Source of the DNA: Candidatus Latescibacterota bacterium
GTDB lineage: Bacteria; Latescibacterota; UBA2968
NCBI GenBank assembly: GCA_022823725.1
Contig: JAJEHL010000022.1
Location: 15,881 to 79,880 of the forward strand
Length of the DNA: 64,000 nt
Direction of reading: 5' to 3'
Shown here: positions 49,252 to 57,528 of the stretch, in pieces
How positions within the stretch are numbered: the first letter of the stretch is position 1
How the letters are laid out: each line of letters opens with the position of its first letter
Position numbers and translations under genes: made by a program
Notes under the pieces: model-generated
What the model was told of the DNA's origin: nothing
Database searches by the model: none
Seen by the model: only the letters and a program-made list of their open reading frames with translations

Positions 49252-49815
49252 ATGCCCAACACCTTCCAAAATCGCGCCGAAGCCTTTGCCTGGCTCAGCC
49301 AAAATGACCCCCGTGCGCCCAAAGCAGGAGATCCCGCGCCAGACTTTGAACTATCGGACATCAACGGCGAAAACCCCGTGCGCCTCTCGCAACTATGCAA
49401 AGACAAACCCGTTGCACTCATCTTTGGCAGCTTCACGTGACCGCCCTTTGTCCGCGAGGCGGTCAGCCTCCGCGACCTCTATGCAACATATCACAAACAG
49501 GTACACTTTCTCGTAATCTATATCCGCGAAGCCCATCCAGAAGACGGCTGGAAACTCAAAGACACGGGCATCTACGACCCAAAAACCCTTGCGGAACGCC
49601 GAAAAGTTGCAAAAACATGCGAAAATGCTATGCAATACGGCATACGCACCTATGTTGACGACATGGACGACGCTGTCATGAACGACTATGTCGCCTGGCC
49701 CGAACGCCTCTACCTCATCGGCACGGACAACCGCATCGCCTACGCGGGCAAACACGGTCCCTATGGATTCAGCCCCGAAGAACTCAAAGCGGCAATAGAT
49801 CACATCACCCGTTGA
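49252..49815 (+). CDS. Iodothyronine deiodinase-like selenoprotein (Sec at TGA 49438-49440), 187 aa
   Basis: Track ORFs 49252..49440 and 49630..49815 share a frame. Readthrough gives GDPAPDF...FGSFT-U-PPF...YIREAHPEDGW...YVAWPERLYLI...GPYG, the deiodinase signature. Confidence 0.92.
49450..49476 (+). promoter_or_regulatory. Bacterial SECIS hairpin of the deiodinase-like gene
   Basis: GAGGC-GGTCA-GCCTC upper stem 15 nt after the UGA, with extendable lower pairing. Confidence 0.75.
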
Positions 49816-51272
49816 AATTTCTCAAACGCCTCGTCCCAGGCATCCGTATCCGTCGGGCTATACGTCTTAATCGCCGTAGAAGCGCGCACAATATCGCGCA
49901 ATTCATCCAAAGAGCCAATCTGCCCTTTGCCCATCGCCTGCATCAAAAGATTGCCCATTGCAGTCGCTTCAGCCGGACCTGACAGCACCGCACGCCCCGT
50001 TGCAGAAGCGATAAACTGGCACAAAAGCGTATTGTGAATGCCCCCACCCACAATGTGAATATCGCCGAGCGTCTTACCCAATACATCTTCGAGCTGACCC
50101 AGAACATAGCGACACTTGAGCGCCAGACTCTCCAGTGCCGTGCGAATAATATCCCCTTCGCTACCGGGTATCGATTGACCCGTGCGCCTGCAAAAATCCC
50201 GAATGCGAGACGGCATATCCCCGGGCGTACCAAAATCAGCGTGATCCGGATCGATAAACGACGCGAGCCGATCCGATTCCATTGCCAGCCCCATCAACTC
50301 CTCCCACGAATAATCCTTCCCCGCCAAAGCCCACACGCGGCGGCACTCCTGCACAATCCACAGCCCCGAAATATTTTTCAGAAATCGAATCGTATGATCA
50401 ACACCGCCCTCATTGGTAAAATTGTGCGCGAGCGCGCGCTTATTAATCGCGGGTTCAGGCAACTCCGCCCCCATCAACGCCCATGTGCCACAACTGATAT
50501 AAACCGCATCGGGTGAAGAAAGGGGCACAGCCGCAACCGCCGACCCCGTATCGTGACAAGCCGGTGCAATCACATCAACAGGCGCAATACCCATCTCATC
50601 CGCAATGCTCTTGCGAACAGGACCAAGCACCGTACCTGGCGACACCACATCCGGAAGCATATCCGTGGGAATATCGAGCGCATTGAGCATTGATTTTGCC
50701 CAGGCATTCTCGCGCGGATTGTAAAACTGCGTAGTCGTTGCATTGGAATACTCACACACCTTCATACCCGTGAACCAGAAATTGAACAAATCGGGCATCG
50801 TGAGAAACGTACGCGCAATATCGAGCTGAGGCGACTGCGCGAGACGCTGCGCGAGCAACTGATAAAGCGTGTTAAGCTCCATAAACTGAATACCCGTCTG
50901 CTCAAAAATCTCCTCGCGAGAAACGCGCTCAAACGCGACATCCATCATCCCCTGTGTGCGCTCATCGCGGTAACAAAAGGGATTGCCGAGCAAATTGTCC
51001 TGCGCGTCGAGCAAGCCATAATCGACCCCCCACGTATCACAGCCCATGCCATTGAGCGGTTCTCCGGACCGAACAGCGAGACGCAACCCCGTACACATCT
51101 CGTCAAACAGCCGCAGCGCATCCCAATAATAATGATTGCCAACAGGTATTCCCTGATTCGGAAAACGATGAATCTCTTCAATATCCAGACGCGCGCCATC
51201 AAAACGACCCAAAACAGCCCGACCGCTGGACGCGCCCAAATCATAAGCGAGATAATTGGTCGTCGATGCCAT
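49800..51272 (-). CDS. rhaB: Rhamnulokinase (FGGY family)
   Basis: AYDLGASSGR, DTWGVDYGL, HDTGSAV, SCGTW, GGGIHN, GPAEATA. Confidence 0.88.
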   Translation of the reverse strand: MASTTNYLAYDLGASSGRAVLGRFDGARLDIEEIHRFPNQGIPVGNHYYWDALRLFDEMCTGLRLAVRSGEPLNGMGCDTWGVDYGLLDAQDNLLGNPFCYRDERTQGMMDVAFERVSREEIFEQTGIQFMELNTLYQLLAQRLAQSPQLDIARTFLTMPDLFNFWFTGMKVCEYSNATTTQFYNPRENAWAKSMLNALDIPTDMLPDVVSPGTVLGPVRKSIADEMGIAPVDVIAPACHDTGSAVAAVPLSSPDAVYISCGTWALMGAELPEPAINKRALAHNFTNEGGVDHTIRFLKNISGLWIVQECRRVWALAGKDYSWEELMGLAMESDRLASFIDPDHADFGTPGDMPSRIRDFCRRTGQSIPGSEGDIIRTALESLALKCRYVLGQLEDVLGKTLGDIHIVGGGIHNTLLCQFIASATGRAVLSGPAEATAMGNLLMQAMGKGQIGSLDELRDIVRASTAIKTYSPTDTDAWDEAFEKFQRVM

Positions 51273-51370
51273 AAAAAACTCCATTTTTCACATTGTGTTT
51301 ATACAATTCAGTGGCTATTATAGGACGCAGTTGGAAAGTGTCAAGTATTTCGTTATCAGGAGTGTGTATT

Positions 51371-52987
51371 ATGAGCAAAGATTTGAAAGCAATTTTTGAT
51401 TTTTGGAAGCGTTTTGCGTGTCAAAGCGGTCTGCATCGCCGCGATTTAATCAAAGGCGTCGCCGCCGCAAGTCTCGGTCTGGCAGCCGGAACCTTTGGTG
51501 CGCCACAACTCTACGGAAATTCAAACGCATCGAAATCAAAACGACGCAATCGCATCCAACTCGAAAACGCCGAGCGTGGAACGCGGGACTGGATGCTCAC
51601 CAAGACACGCCAGCTTCCGGGGAAGATCAATCCCATCTTGACCAACGGGCGCTGCCCGTGGATTGAAGGGTATTGCTCGGCGAACAGCATTCGAGCTGGC
51701 GAGAAGTTGCAGATTATGGTGAGCACGGCTCCAGCATCCGCGTTCAAGTTGGAGATCTTTCGGACCGGTTACTACAACGGGGATGGGGGGCGGCTTGTTC
51801 GTACTTATGATGCGCTCGAAGGCACCCAGCAGCCGGACCCGCCCATCGATGAAAACTACCTGCGCGAATGCAGTTGGAAGCCCTCTGTGGAATTCGAGAT
51901 TCCCGAAGATTGGCTGAGCGGCGTCTACCTGGGGAAACTGACGGAAGAGACCAGCGGAATTCAGAGCTACGTCATCTTCATCGTCCGCGATGATCGCCCC
52001 TGCGATCTGCTGTTTCAATGCAGTGACCTGACCTGGTCTGCCTACAACCGCTGGCCTGCCGATTTCTCTATTTACACAAAACATGAAGGGTATTCCAGCA
52101 CCGGTGTGCCCAGCGGGACAGTGAGCTTCGATCGGCCCTACGGCTTGTTTACCCACCCCGTCAACAAGCACAAGACCTCCGGTGGCTCCGGCGAATTCCT
52201 GCCCTGGGAATTCCCATTGTCCTTTTGGCTGGAGCAACACGGGTACGATGTTTCCTATATCTCCAATATCGACACGCACGCCGACCTCGCGGGTTTGCTG
52301 CGCACCAAAGGGTTCATTTCGGTGGGGCACGACGAGTACTGGACTTTGGACATGTACGACAATGTGCTCAAAGCCCGTGACGAAGGCGTGAACCTGGCGT
52401 TTCTAAGCGCCAATTCAGTTCTCTGTGTAGTACCGCTGCTGCCTTCCGCAAACGGTACGCCCAACCGCGCCACGCGCAGAGAAGGCTGGTTCTTTCCATC
52501 CGAATACCACAGCAGGGTCGAACAAAGAACGCACAATCAGAAAGGTTTTCAACCCAACATGGGTCCCGATGGCGCACAATTAATGGGGGCACGGTGGACT
52601 CCCCCCGGTAGAGGAAGCGGCGATTGGACATGCGCCATGCCAGAACACTGGCTTTTTGAAGGGACCGGGATGGAAAAGGGAGATTCGGTCAAAGGTCTCG
52701 TTGGCTGGGAGTGGCACGGTGCTCCCGCGATGGACCTGCCCGGAATGCAAGTCGTTGCTGAAGGCGAAACACTGATCAACGGCAAAAATCCGGGCCATTA
52801 TACCGCAACCGTTTACGACGGGCCAAAAGGCAACATCGTGTTCAACTGCGCCACCATCTGGTGGGCCAATGGTTTGTCCAGCCCACCGGGGCACGTCAAC
52901 CCATCAAGGCATGGGGTAACGCAACAAGGCCCAGACGAGCGCGTCCAGCAAATTACTCACAATCTGTTTCAACGCTTTATTGGGTAA
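51371..52987 (+). CDS. Tat-exported N,N-dimethylformamidase beta-subunit-like domain protein
   Basis: RRDLIK Tat motif, IEGYCS, TWSAYN, VSFDRPY, GHDEYW, VFNCATIWW. Start moved to 51371. Confidence 0.75.
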   Translation: MSKDLKAIFDFWKRFACQSGLHRRDLIKGVAAASLGLAAGTFGAPQLYGNSNASKSKRRNRIQLENAERGTRDWMLTKTRQLPGKINPILTNGRCPWIEGYCSANSIRAGEKLQIMVSTAPASAFKLEIFRTGYYNGDGGRLVRTYDALEGTQQPDPPIDENYLRECSWKPSVEFEIPEDWLSGVYLGKLTEETSGIQSYVIFIVRDDRPCDLLFQCSDLTWSAYNRWPADFSIYTKHEGYSSTGVPSGTVSFDRPYGLFTHPVNKHKTSGGSGEFLPWEFPLSFWLEQHGYDVSYISNIDTHADLAGLLRTKGFISVGHDEYWTLDMYDNVLKARDEGVNLAFLSANSVLCVVPLLPSANGTPNRATRREGWFFPSEYHSRVEQRTHNQKGFQPNMGPDGAQLMGARWTPPGRGSGDWTCAMPEHWLFEGTGMEKGDSVKGLVGWEWHGAPAMDLPGMQVVAEGETLINGKNPGHYTATVYDGPKGNIVFNCATIWWANGLSSPPGHVNPSRHGVTQQGPDERVQQITHNLFQRFIG

Positions 52988-53007
52988 AAATAAAGGGGAA
53001 ATCTAGA

Positions 53008-53200
53008 GTCAACTACCACCGCCAGAGGCGGTGGCTTGTAGCTGTCACACCCCGAGGGGCGATTCGCTACATTAGGCTTGTTGACACAAAGCCCTTGCTC
53101 GGATGTTCCGAGCAGCGTTGCGGTCAGCATGGTCTTTATGACCACACACTTTGCACTGGAAGGATGCTTGGGTAGGTCTATTGTCTTTCTCACAATGCCC
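53008..53200 (-). ncRNA. Putative TnpB omegaRNA/reRNA scaffold (guide taken from the flank beyond 53008)
   Basis: Structured right end (CGCCCCTCGGGGTG; CCACCGCC/GGCGGTGG) overlapping the tnpB 3' end, as established for TnpB elements. The 5' limit is a guess. Confidence 0.6.
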
Positions 53201-54163
53201 GCATTCGGCACATGTCTGGCTGGTATATTTGGGGTCAACAGGTTCTATGTGGATACCAACACGTTTGGCCTTGTATTCGATAAAGGTGCGAAGTTGGAAG
53301 AAAGACCACCCAGACATCTTTGCACGCTGAGGCTTGCGAAACCGTTTCTGGCTCTTGCGTATGCCTTCGAGGTCTTCAAGAGCAATCGCTTTGCCAGTGT
53401 CTTTGGCCTTCTCAACGATGCGTTTAGAGAAGATATGGTTGGTGTTTCTACGAAACCTGCTCTCCCGGCCAGAGATGGCAGAGAGTTTTCTGCGAACATT
53501 CTTGGGTCTCTTGCCTTGCTTGACAAGGGCAGACGCTTTCTGTTGGAGCAACTTTTTCAGATCGTGCATCTTCTGGCGGACGTTTTCAACTGTGTCGCCG
53601 GAAAAAGTCTCGCCATCATCGGTGACAGCGATGTTCGTCACGCCGAGATCAACGCCGATAAAATCAGTAGCAGGTATTGGCGTACCATCAGGAACATCTA
53701 CAGAGACAAGCAAGAACCACTTGCCGTCTTTGCGGAGCACAAGGTCTGCTTGTCCTTTGGCATAGCCGAACTGCTCACGCTGGTAATTGCCCATAAGCAT
53801 CGGCACAAGCACGCGCCCTTCCAACGTGAGCAGAGATACCTGGTCTATGCCCTTGAAGCTATACAGGCGTTGATCGTAAGGCATACCAGCATGGCGACGA
53901 AACGACGGTTGCACCGCTTTGTCGCGCTTATACGCCTCTACAACCTGGGCAATACAGCGACACGCCATCTGGGACGAAAGGCTAAATCGCTCGCGCAACT
54001 CGTAGTAATATAGCTTGTGTAACGCAATGCCGTTTGCCAGCTTGCGCTCATAAGCCTTCGGTGCAAGCCAATTGGCAGCTTCGTTGAACCGCTCAACAGT
54101 CGCTTTTAACCTCTGTGCTGTGTCCGTATCCGGTAGCAGTTGTGTTTGTAAAGTAAGTATCAT
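53072..54163 (-). CDS. tnpB: RNA-guided endonuclease TnpB, 363 aa
   Basis: RuvC-I IGVDLG, RuvC-II ALEDL, Zn finger TSQTC..CG...C..CG, RuvC-III HADRNAARNI. Start moved to ATG 54163. Confidence 0.95.
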   Translation of the reverse strand: MILTLQTQLLPDTDTAQRLKATVERFNEAANWLAPKAYERKLANGIALHKLYYYELRERFSLSSQMACRCIAQVVEAYKRDKAVQPSFRRHAGMPYDQRLYSFKGIDQVSLLTLEGRVLVPMLMGNYQREQFGYAKGQADLVLRKDGKWFLLVSVDVPDGTPIPATDFIGVDLGVTNIAVTDDGETFSGDTVENVRQKMHDLKKLLQQKASALVKQGKRPKNVRRKLSAISGRESRFRRNTNHIFSKRIVEKAKDTGKAIALEDLEGIRKSQKRFRKPQRAKMSGWSFFQLRTFIEYKAKRVGIHIEPVDPKYTSQTCAECGHCEKDNRPTQASFQCKVCGHKDHADRNAARNIRARALCQQA

Positions 54164-54170
54164 ATTGATA

Positions 54171-54198
54171 ACTATAATCAGTATGAAATGTTTGTCAA
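54171..54198 (-). promoter_or_regulatory. sigma70 promoter of tnpB inside the left end
   Basis: TTGACA-16 nt-TATAGT. Confidence 0.65.
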
Positions 54199-54265
54199 CA
54201 TCCACTTTTACGGCAAAGCCCAGTTTCTCTGACCACGCCCAAAGGACGTGGGTTCCGCAGGTAAA

Positions 54266-54928
54266 ATGAAAAAAAAGGGAGATGTCCGGCTCCATGTGGA
54301 TCATATCGTGCGCGCTGGCCACGCTTTCCGAAGAACGCCCCAAGGAGGTATCGTCTTACAGGAGAAACTGTGGGAGGCCCTCTCGCAATTTGTGGGTCCA
54401 AATGTGCCAAAGGGCCCGTTGGTTGACCCCGGCAAAGAATACTTCAAGGTCAACAGAAAGACGCGACGCTTTGAGAAACTTGAGCTGAAAGACGGCATGC
54501 ATCCATTCAGCATGGATATGCCAGTCGGCATCATGAGAGGCGATACCATCACACTGGTTTGCACGGGAGAACCAGGAACCACCTATCGCGTAGAACTCAG
54601 CCCGGTAGAAGGCCTTGATGCACCCGGTTTCGAAACAAAGGGAGAGATTGCGGCAGACACAAGTATGAGAGGCGTGAGTCTTATAGAAGTGCCACTGGAT
54701 CAGCCCCTTGGCAGATACCGATATCGCCTGTGGATCAAGAAACCAGGCCAGGAAGAAGTGGAATTGGACAAGAGCCATACCGTATCAGGCGGAGGAGCCT
54801 TTATGGAAATATGGGATGAGAAATCGGCAGACAACATCGTGAGCGGCGACCACGTCTGGCGTAAACTCTATCTACCGCTCTTGCCAAAAAAGCTCGGGCC
54901 TGTAGGCTGGGGATTCTCTGAATATTAG
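54266..54928 (+). CDS. Hypothetical protein, possibly a 5'-truncated gene remnant
   Basis: Coding-like ORF that begins immediately outside the IS left end. N-terminal VRLHVDHIVRAGHAF recalls the C-terminal His loop of alpha/beta hydrolases. Confidence 0.5.
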   Translation: MKKKGDVRLHVDHIVRAGHAFRRTPQGGIVLQEKLWEALSQFVGPNVPKGPLVDPGKEYFKVNRKTRRFEKLELKDGMHPFSMDMPVGIMRGDTITLVCTGEPGTTYRVELSPVEGLDAPGFETKGEIAADTSMRGVSLIEVPLDQPLGRYRYRLWIKKPGQEEVELDKSHTVSGGGAFMEIWDEKSADNIVSGDHVWRKLYLPLLPKKLGPVGWGFSEY

Positions 54929-54957
54929 CCTGGATCTTCAGTTAATAAGGAGGAACC

Positions 54958-56196
54958 ATGAACAAACAACGCCCAATCCTACTCTTAGTGATCCTCGCCC
55001 TGGTGGCGGCCGCACCCTTCTCGAATGCGCAAGCGCAACAGTTCTCCGAAGAAGAACTGTCTCGATTCCTCAGGCAACATCCCGGCGCGGATGCGGATGG
55101 CGATGGCAAGCTGACCGCAGAGGAGATCAAGGCCGCCCGCGCACGCAAGGAGCAAGCTGAGGCCGCAGCAGCGCAATGGAAGGGGAGATTTCACCCCGGC
55201 TGGGAGAAGGATGAATTCCCGCCGCACGCGGTAAGCTTTAAGACGCCTGATGAGATTATGGCAATTTATAAGCGCGGCCCTGCGGGTCGAAGTTATGTGG
55301 ATGCGAGCGACGCCCTTTCCTTTCCCAAGCCTGCCGACGGCATCATGCGCATCGTGGGCACGGGCCACAGCTTCACTGCGCCCGGCTACAGAACCTTACC
55401 CGCCATCACCCGTGCCGCCGGGTTCGAGCAGCCCTTTTGCCTGCATAACGGCGGCGGGGAAACGGGCAGCGTTCGCTACAAATGGGAGCAGGAAAATGGC
55501 ATCTTCCAATTCGACGGCAAGCCCCTGCCCAAACTGCTGTCTGCTATTTCCAACGCGGAATGGGAGGCGATGATCTGGGGACCCTACGTCGGTGATCGTC
55601 CGGAATTTTACACGTGCTGGATCGATTTCTGCGAACAATACAATCCCGGCATGAAGTTTTTTCTCATCGACGGCTGGCCCACGCTATCTCAGGTCCAGAG
55701 CGTCTTCAATCGGAAAGGAAACCCGGAGTCTGAAGCGTTCTTCACCGATGCGGTCTTCGATCAGCTCAACGCCCCTGTGAACACTGGCTTTGCGGCCTTC
55801 GTGAAAACGCTGCGCGAATCAACCGATGAAGTCTATATCTTGCCGACGCGCGCCGCCATGACGGAGGCGGCCAAACGCTTCATCCGAGGAGAGCTTCCCG
55901 GCGTAGAAGGCCTGTATAAGGTCATTGGCGGAAAAGAAAGTTCTATCTGGGCAGACCAACGCGGCCACTTGGGGCCCGGCTTCGACCGCCTGGAGGGCTA
56001 TGTCTTCTACGCCACGCTCTACGGCAAATCCCCCGAACTCATTTCAGCGCCTATCAAGTTCAATAGAAATCCGAGTTTCCTAAGCGCCGACCTTGACGAA
56101 ATTTTCCGCGAAATCGCCTGGAAAGCGGTGGTGGAGCATCCCCTCTCCGGCGTTACAGATAAAAATAAGAACGGCATTGGCGATCATCTTGAGTAG
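54958..56196 (+). CDS. Secreted protein with EF-hand and SGNH-like domain
   Basis: Signal peptide, DADGDGKLTAEE EF-hand loop, GTGHSF block I, DQRGHLG block V-like. Confidence 0.65.
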   Translation: MNKQRPILLLVILALVAAAPFSNAQAQQFSEEELSRFLRQHPGADADGDGKLTAEEIKAARARKEQAEAAAAQWKGRFHPGWEKDEFPPHAVSFKTPDEIMAIYKRGPAGRSYVDASDALSFPKPADGIMRIVGTGHSFTAPGYRTLPAITRAAGFEQPFCLHNGGGETGSVRYKWEQENGIFQFDGKPLPKLLSAISNAEWEAMIWGPYVGDRPEFYTCWIDFCEQYNPGMKFFLIDGWPTLSQVQSVFNRKGNPESEAFFTDAVFDQLNAPVNTGFAAFVKTLRESTDEVYILPTRAAMTEAAKRFIRGELPGVEGLYKVIGGKESSIWADQRGHLGPGFDRLEGYVFYATLYGKSPELISAPIKFNRNPSFLSADLDEIFREIAWKAVVEHPLSGVTDKNKNGIGDHLE

Positions 56197-56329
56197 CGGT
56201 CGAGCAGCGTATAACGGCGAATCTATTCGATCGGTTTATTCAGACGAATCTACAGTCGCATGGCGTGACACAAAATCAGATAGAGTGCAAACCCGGTCAG
56301 CCCCATCTACAGATTATATAAGGAATCGC

Positions 56330-57463
56330 ATGAAACCTGTCGTCGCGCACAGTGCCAACCCCTATTTACCAGCAACAGCCACCTGGATATACGACCAGAT
56401 TCGCGCATTAAAACGGTACCGCCCCATCGTCCTCACACAAATGCGCCAGAACCTGGATCGTTTTCCCACAGAAACCGTCTTATCAGCTGAAGATATATCG
56501 CCCATCCGCAGAACAACCCTGCGCCTCATTCGCAAAATGCGCGGCACGTACGCCGGCTATAAAAACTGGCTTTGCGAACACAACGCCGCCCTCATCCACG
56601 CGCATTTTGGGCAGGAGGGATACCGGTGCCTCTCCGCAAAACAACGAGCGGGCATCCCCTTGATCACCACCTTCTACGGCCTGGACGTATCGGCACTACC
56701 CCGGCAAAAAAAATGGCAAAAACGGTATAAACGCCTCTTTGCCGAAGGCGACTACTTCCTCGTCGAAGGCCCCTTCATGGGCGAACAACTCATCGCACTT
56801 GGATGCCCTGCCAACCGGGTAATCGTACAACACCTAAGCGTAGATCTCGAAAAAATCCCCTGCAGAACAGACCACACACCCGAACAACCCATCGTATTGA
56901 CATATAGCGTATTCCGAGAAAAAAAAGGCTTGAAATACGCAATCCGGGCTTATGCAAAAATAGCGGAAAAATATCCGGACGCCCAACTGCGCATGATAGG
57001 CGACGGACCTTTGCGCCCACAACTACAAGCTGAAATACGAAATCTACACCTCGAAAACCGCGTAAAAATGCTCGGCCTGCTCCCCCATCCTCTCGCACTG
57101 GAAGAACTAAAACGCGCAACAATCCTCCTCTATCCCAGCGTCACAGCATCAGATGGCGACACCGAAGGCGGTGCCCCCGTAGCCCTCATCGAAGCCATGG
57201 CAATGGGCGTCCCCATTGTATCGTCCCGACACGCCGACATCCCCGAAGTCGTAATCGACAAAACCTGCGGCCTATTATATCCCGAACGAGACATCGCGGG
57301 CCTCGCCGAAGGATTGGACACCCTCCTCAACTCCCCCGAACAATTTGGTCGCGCTGGCCGCGCTCACGTCGAAAAGCAGCACAACCTGGAAAAACAGGGT
57401 AAAAAATTAGAGGTGATTTACGATCGGGTTGTGATGAACAAGCCCCCAATGCATAATCCTTGA
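56330..57463 (+). CDS. Glycosyltransferase family 4 (WcaL-like)
   Basis: HAHFG, TTFYGLD, EKKGL, DGDTEGGAPVALIEAMA. Start moved to 56330. Confidence 0.9.
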   Translation: MKPVVAHSANPYLPATATWIYDQIRALKRYRPIVLTQMRQNLDRFPTETVLSAEDISPIRRTTLRLIRKMRGTYAGYKNWLCEHNAALIHAHFGQEGYRCLSAKQRAGIPLITTFYGLDVSALPRQKKWQKRYKRLFAEGDYFLVEGPFMGEQLIALGCPANRVIVQHLSVDLEKIPCRTDHTPEQPIVLTYSVFREKKGLKYAIRAYAKIAEKYPDAQLRMIGDGPLRPQLQAEIRNLHLENRVKMLGLLPHPLALEELKRATILLYPSVTASDGDTEGGAPVALIEAMAMGVPIVSSRHADIPEVVIDKTCGLLYPERDIAGLAEGLDTLLNSPEQFGRAGRAHVEKQHNLEKQGKKLEVIYDRVVMNKPPMHNP

Positions 57464-57528
57464 CATCCGCGACTATTAACACAATTTATTCAGTGCTCAT
57501 TCCTCGCGTACTTAAAATGGAGACAGAA

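Larger units (their letters stand above)
53008..54260 (-). mobile_element. IS200/IS605-family element carrying tnpB only (IS1341-like, non-autonomous)
   Basis: Left-end hairpin CCACGTCC-TTT-GGGCGTGG (~54233-54251); right-end hairpin CCACCGCC-TCT-GGCGGTGG followed by TAGTTGAC; no tnpA. Exact ends are +/- a few nt. Confidence 0.85.

Noticed and set aside
53078-54013. 311-aa + strand ORF (also 53334..53765, 53245..53526)
   Set aside because: Antisense shadow of tnpB with no recognisable motifs.
53072-54343. Cas12f / CRISPR system, or the 423-aa TnpB start in the track
   Set aside because: There is no repeat-spacer array or cas gene, and IS-type end hairpins are present. The extra 60 codons run through the promoter and left end.
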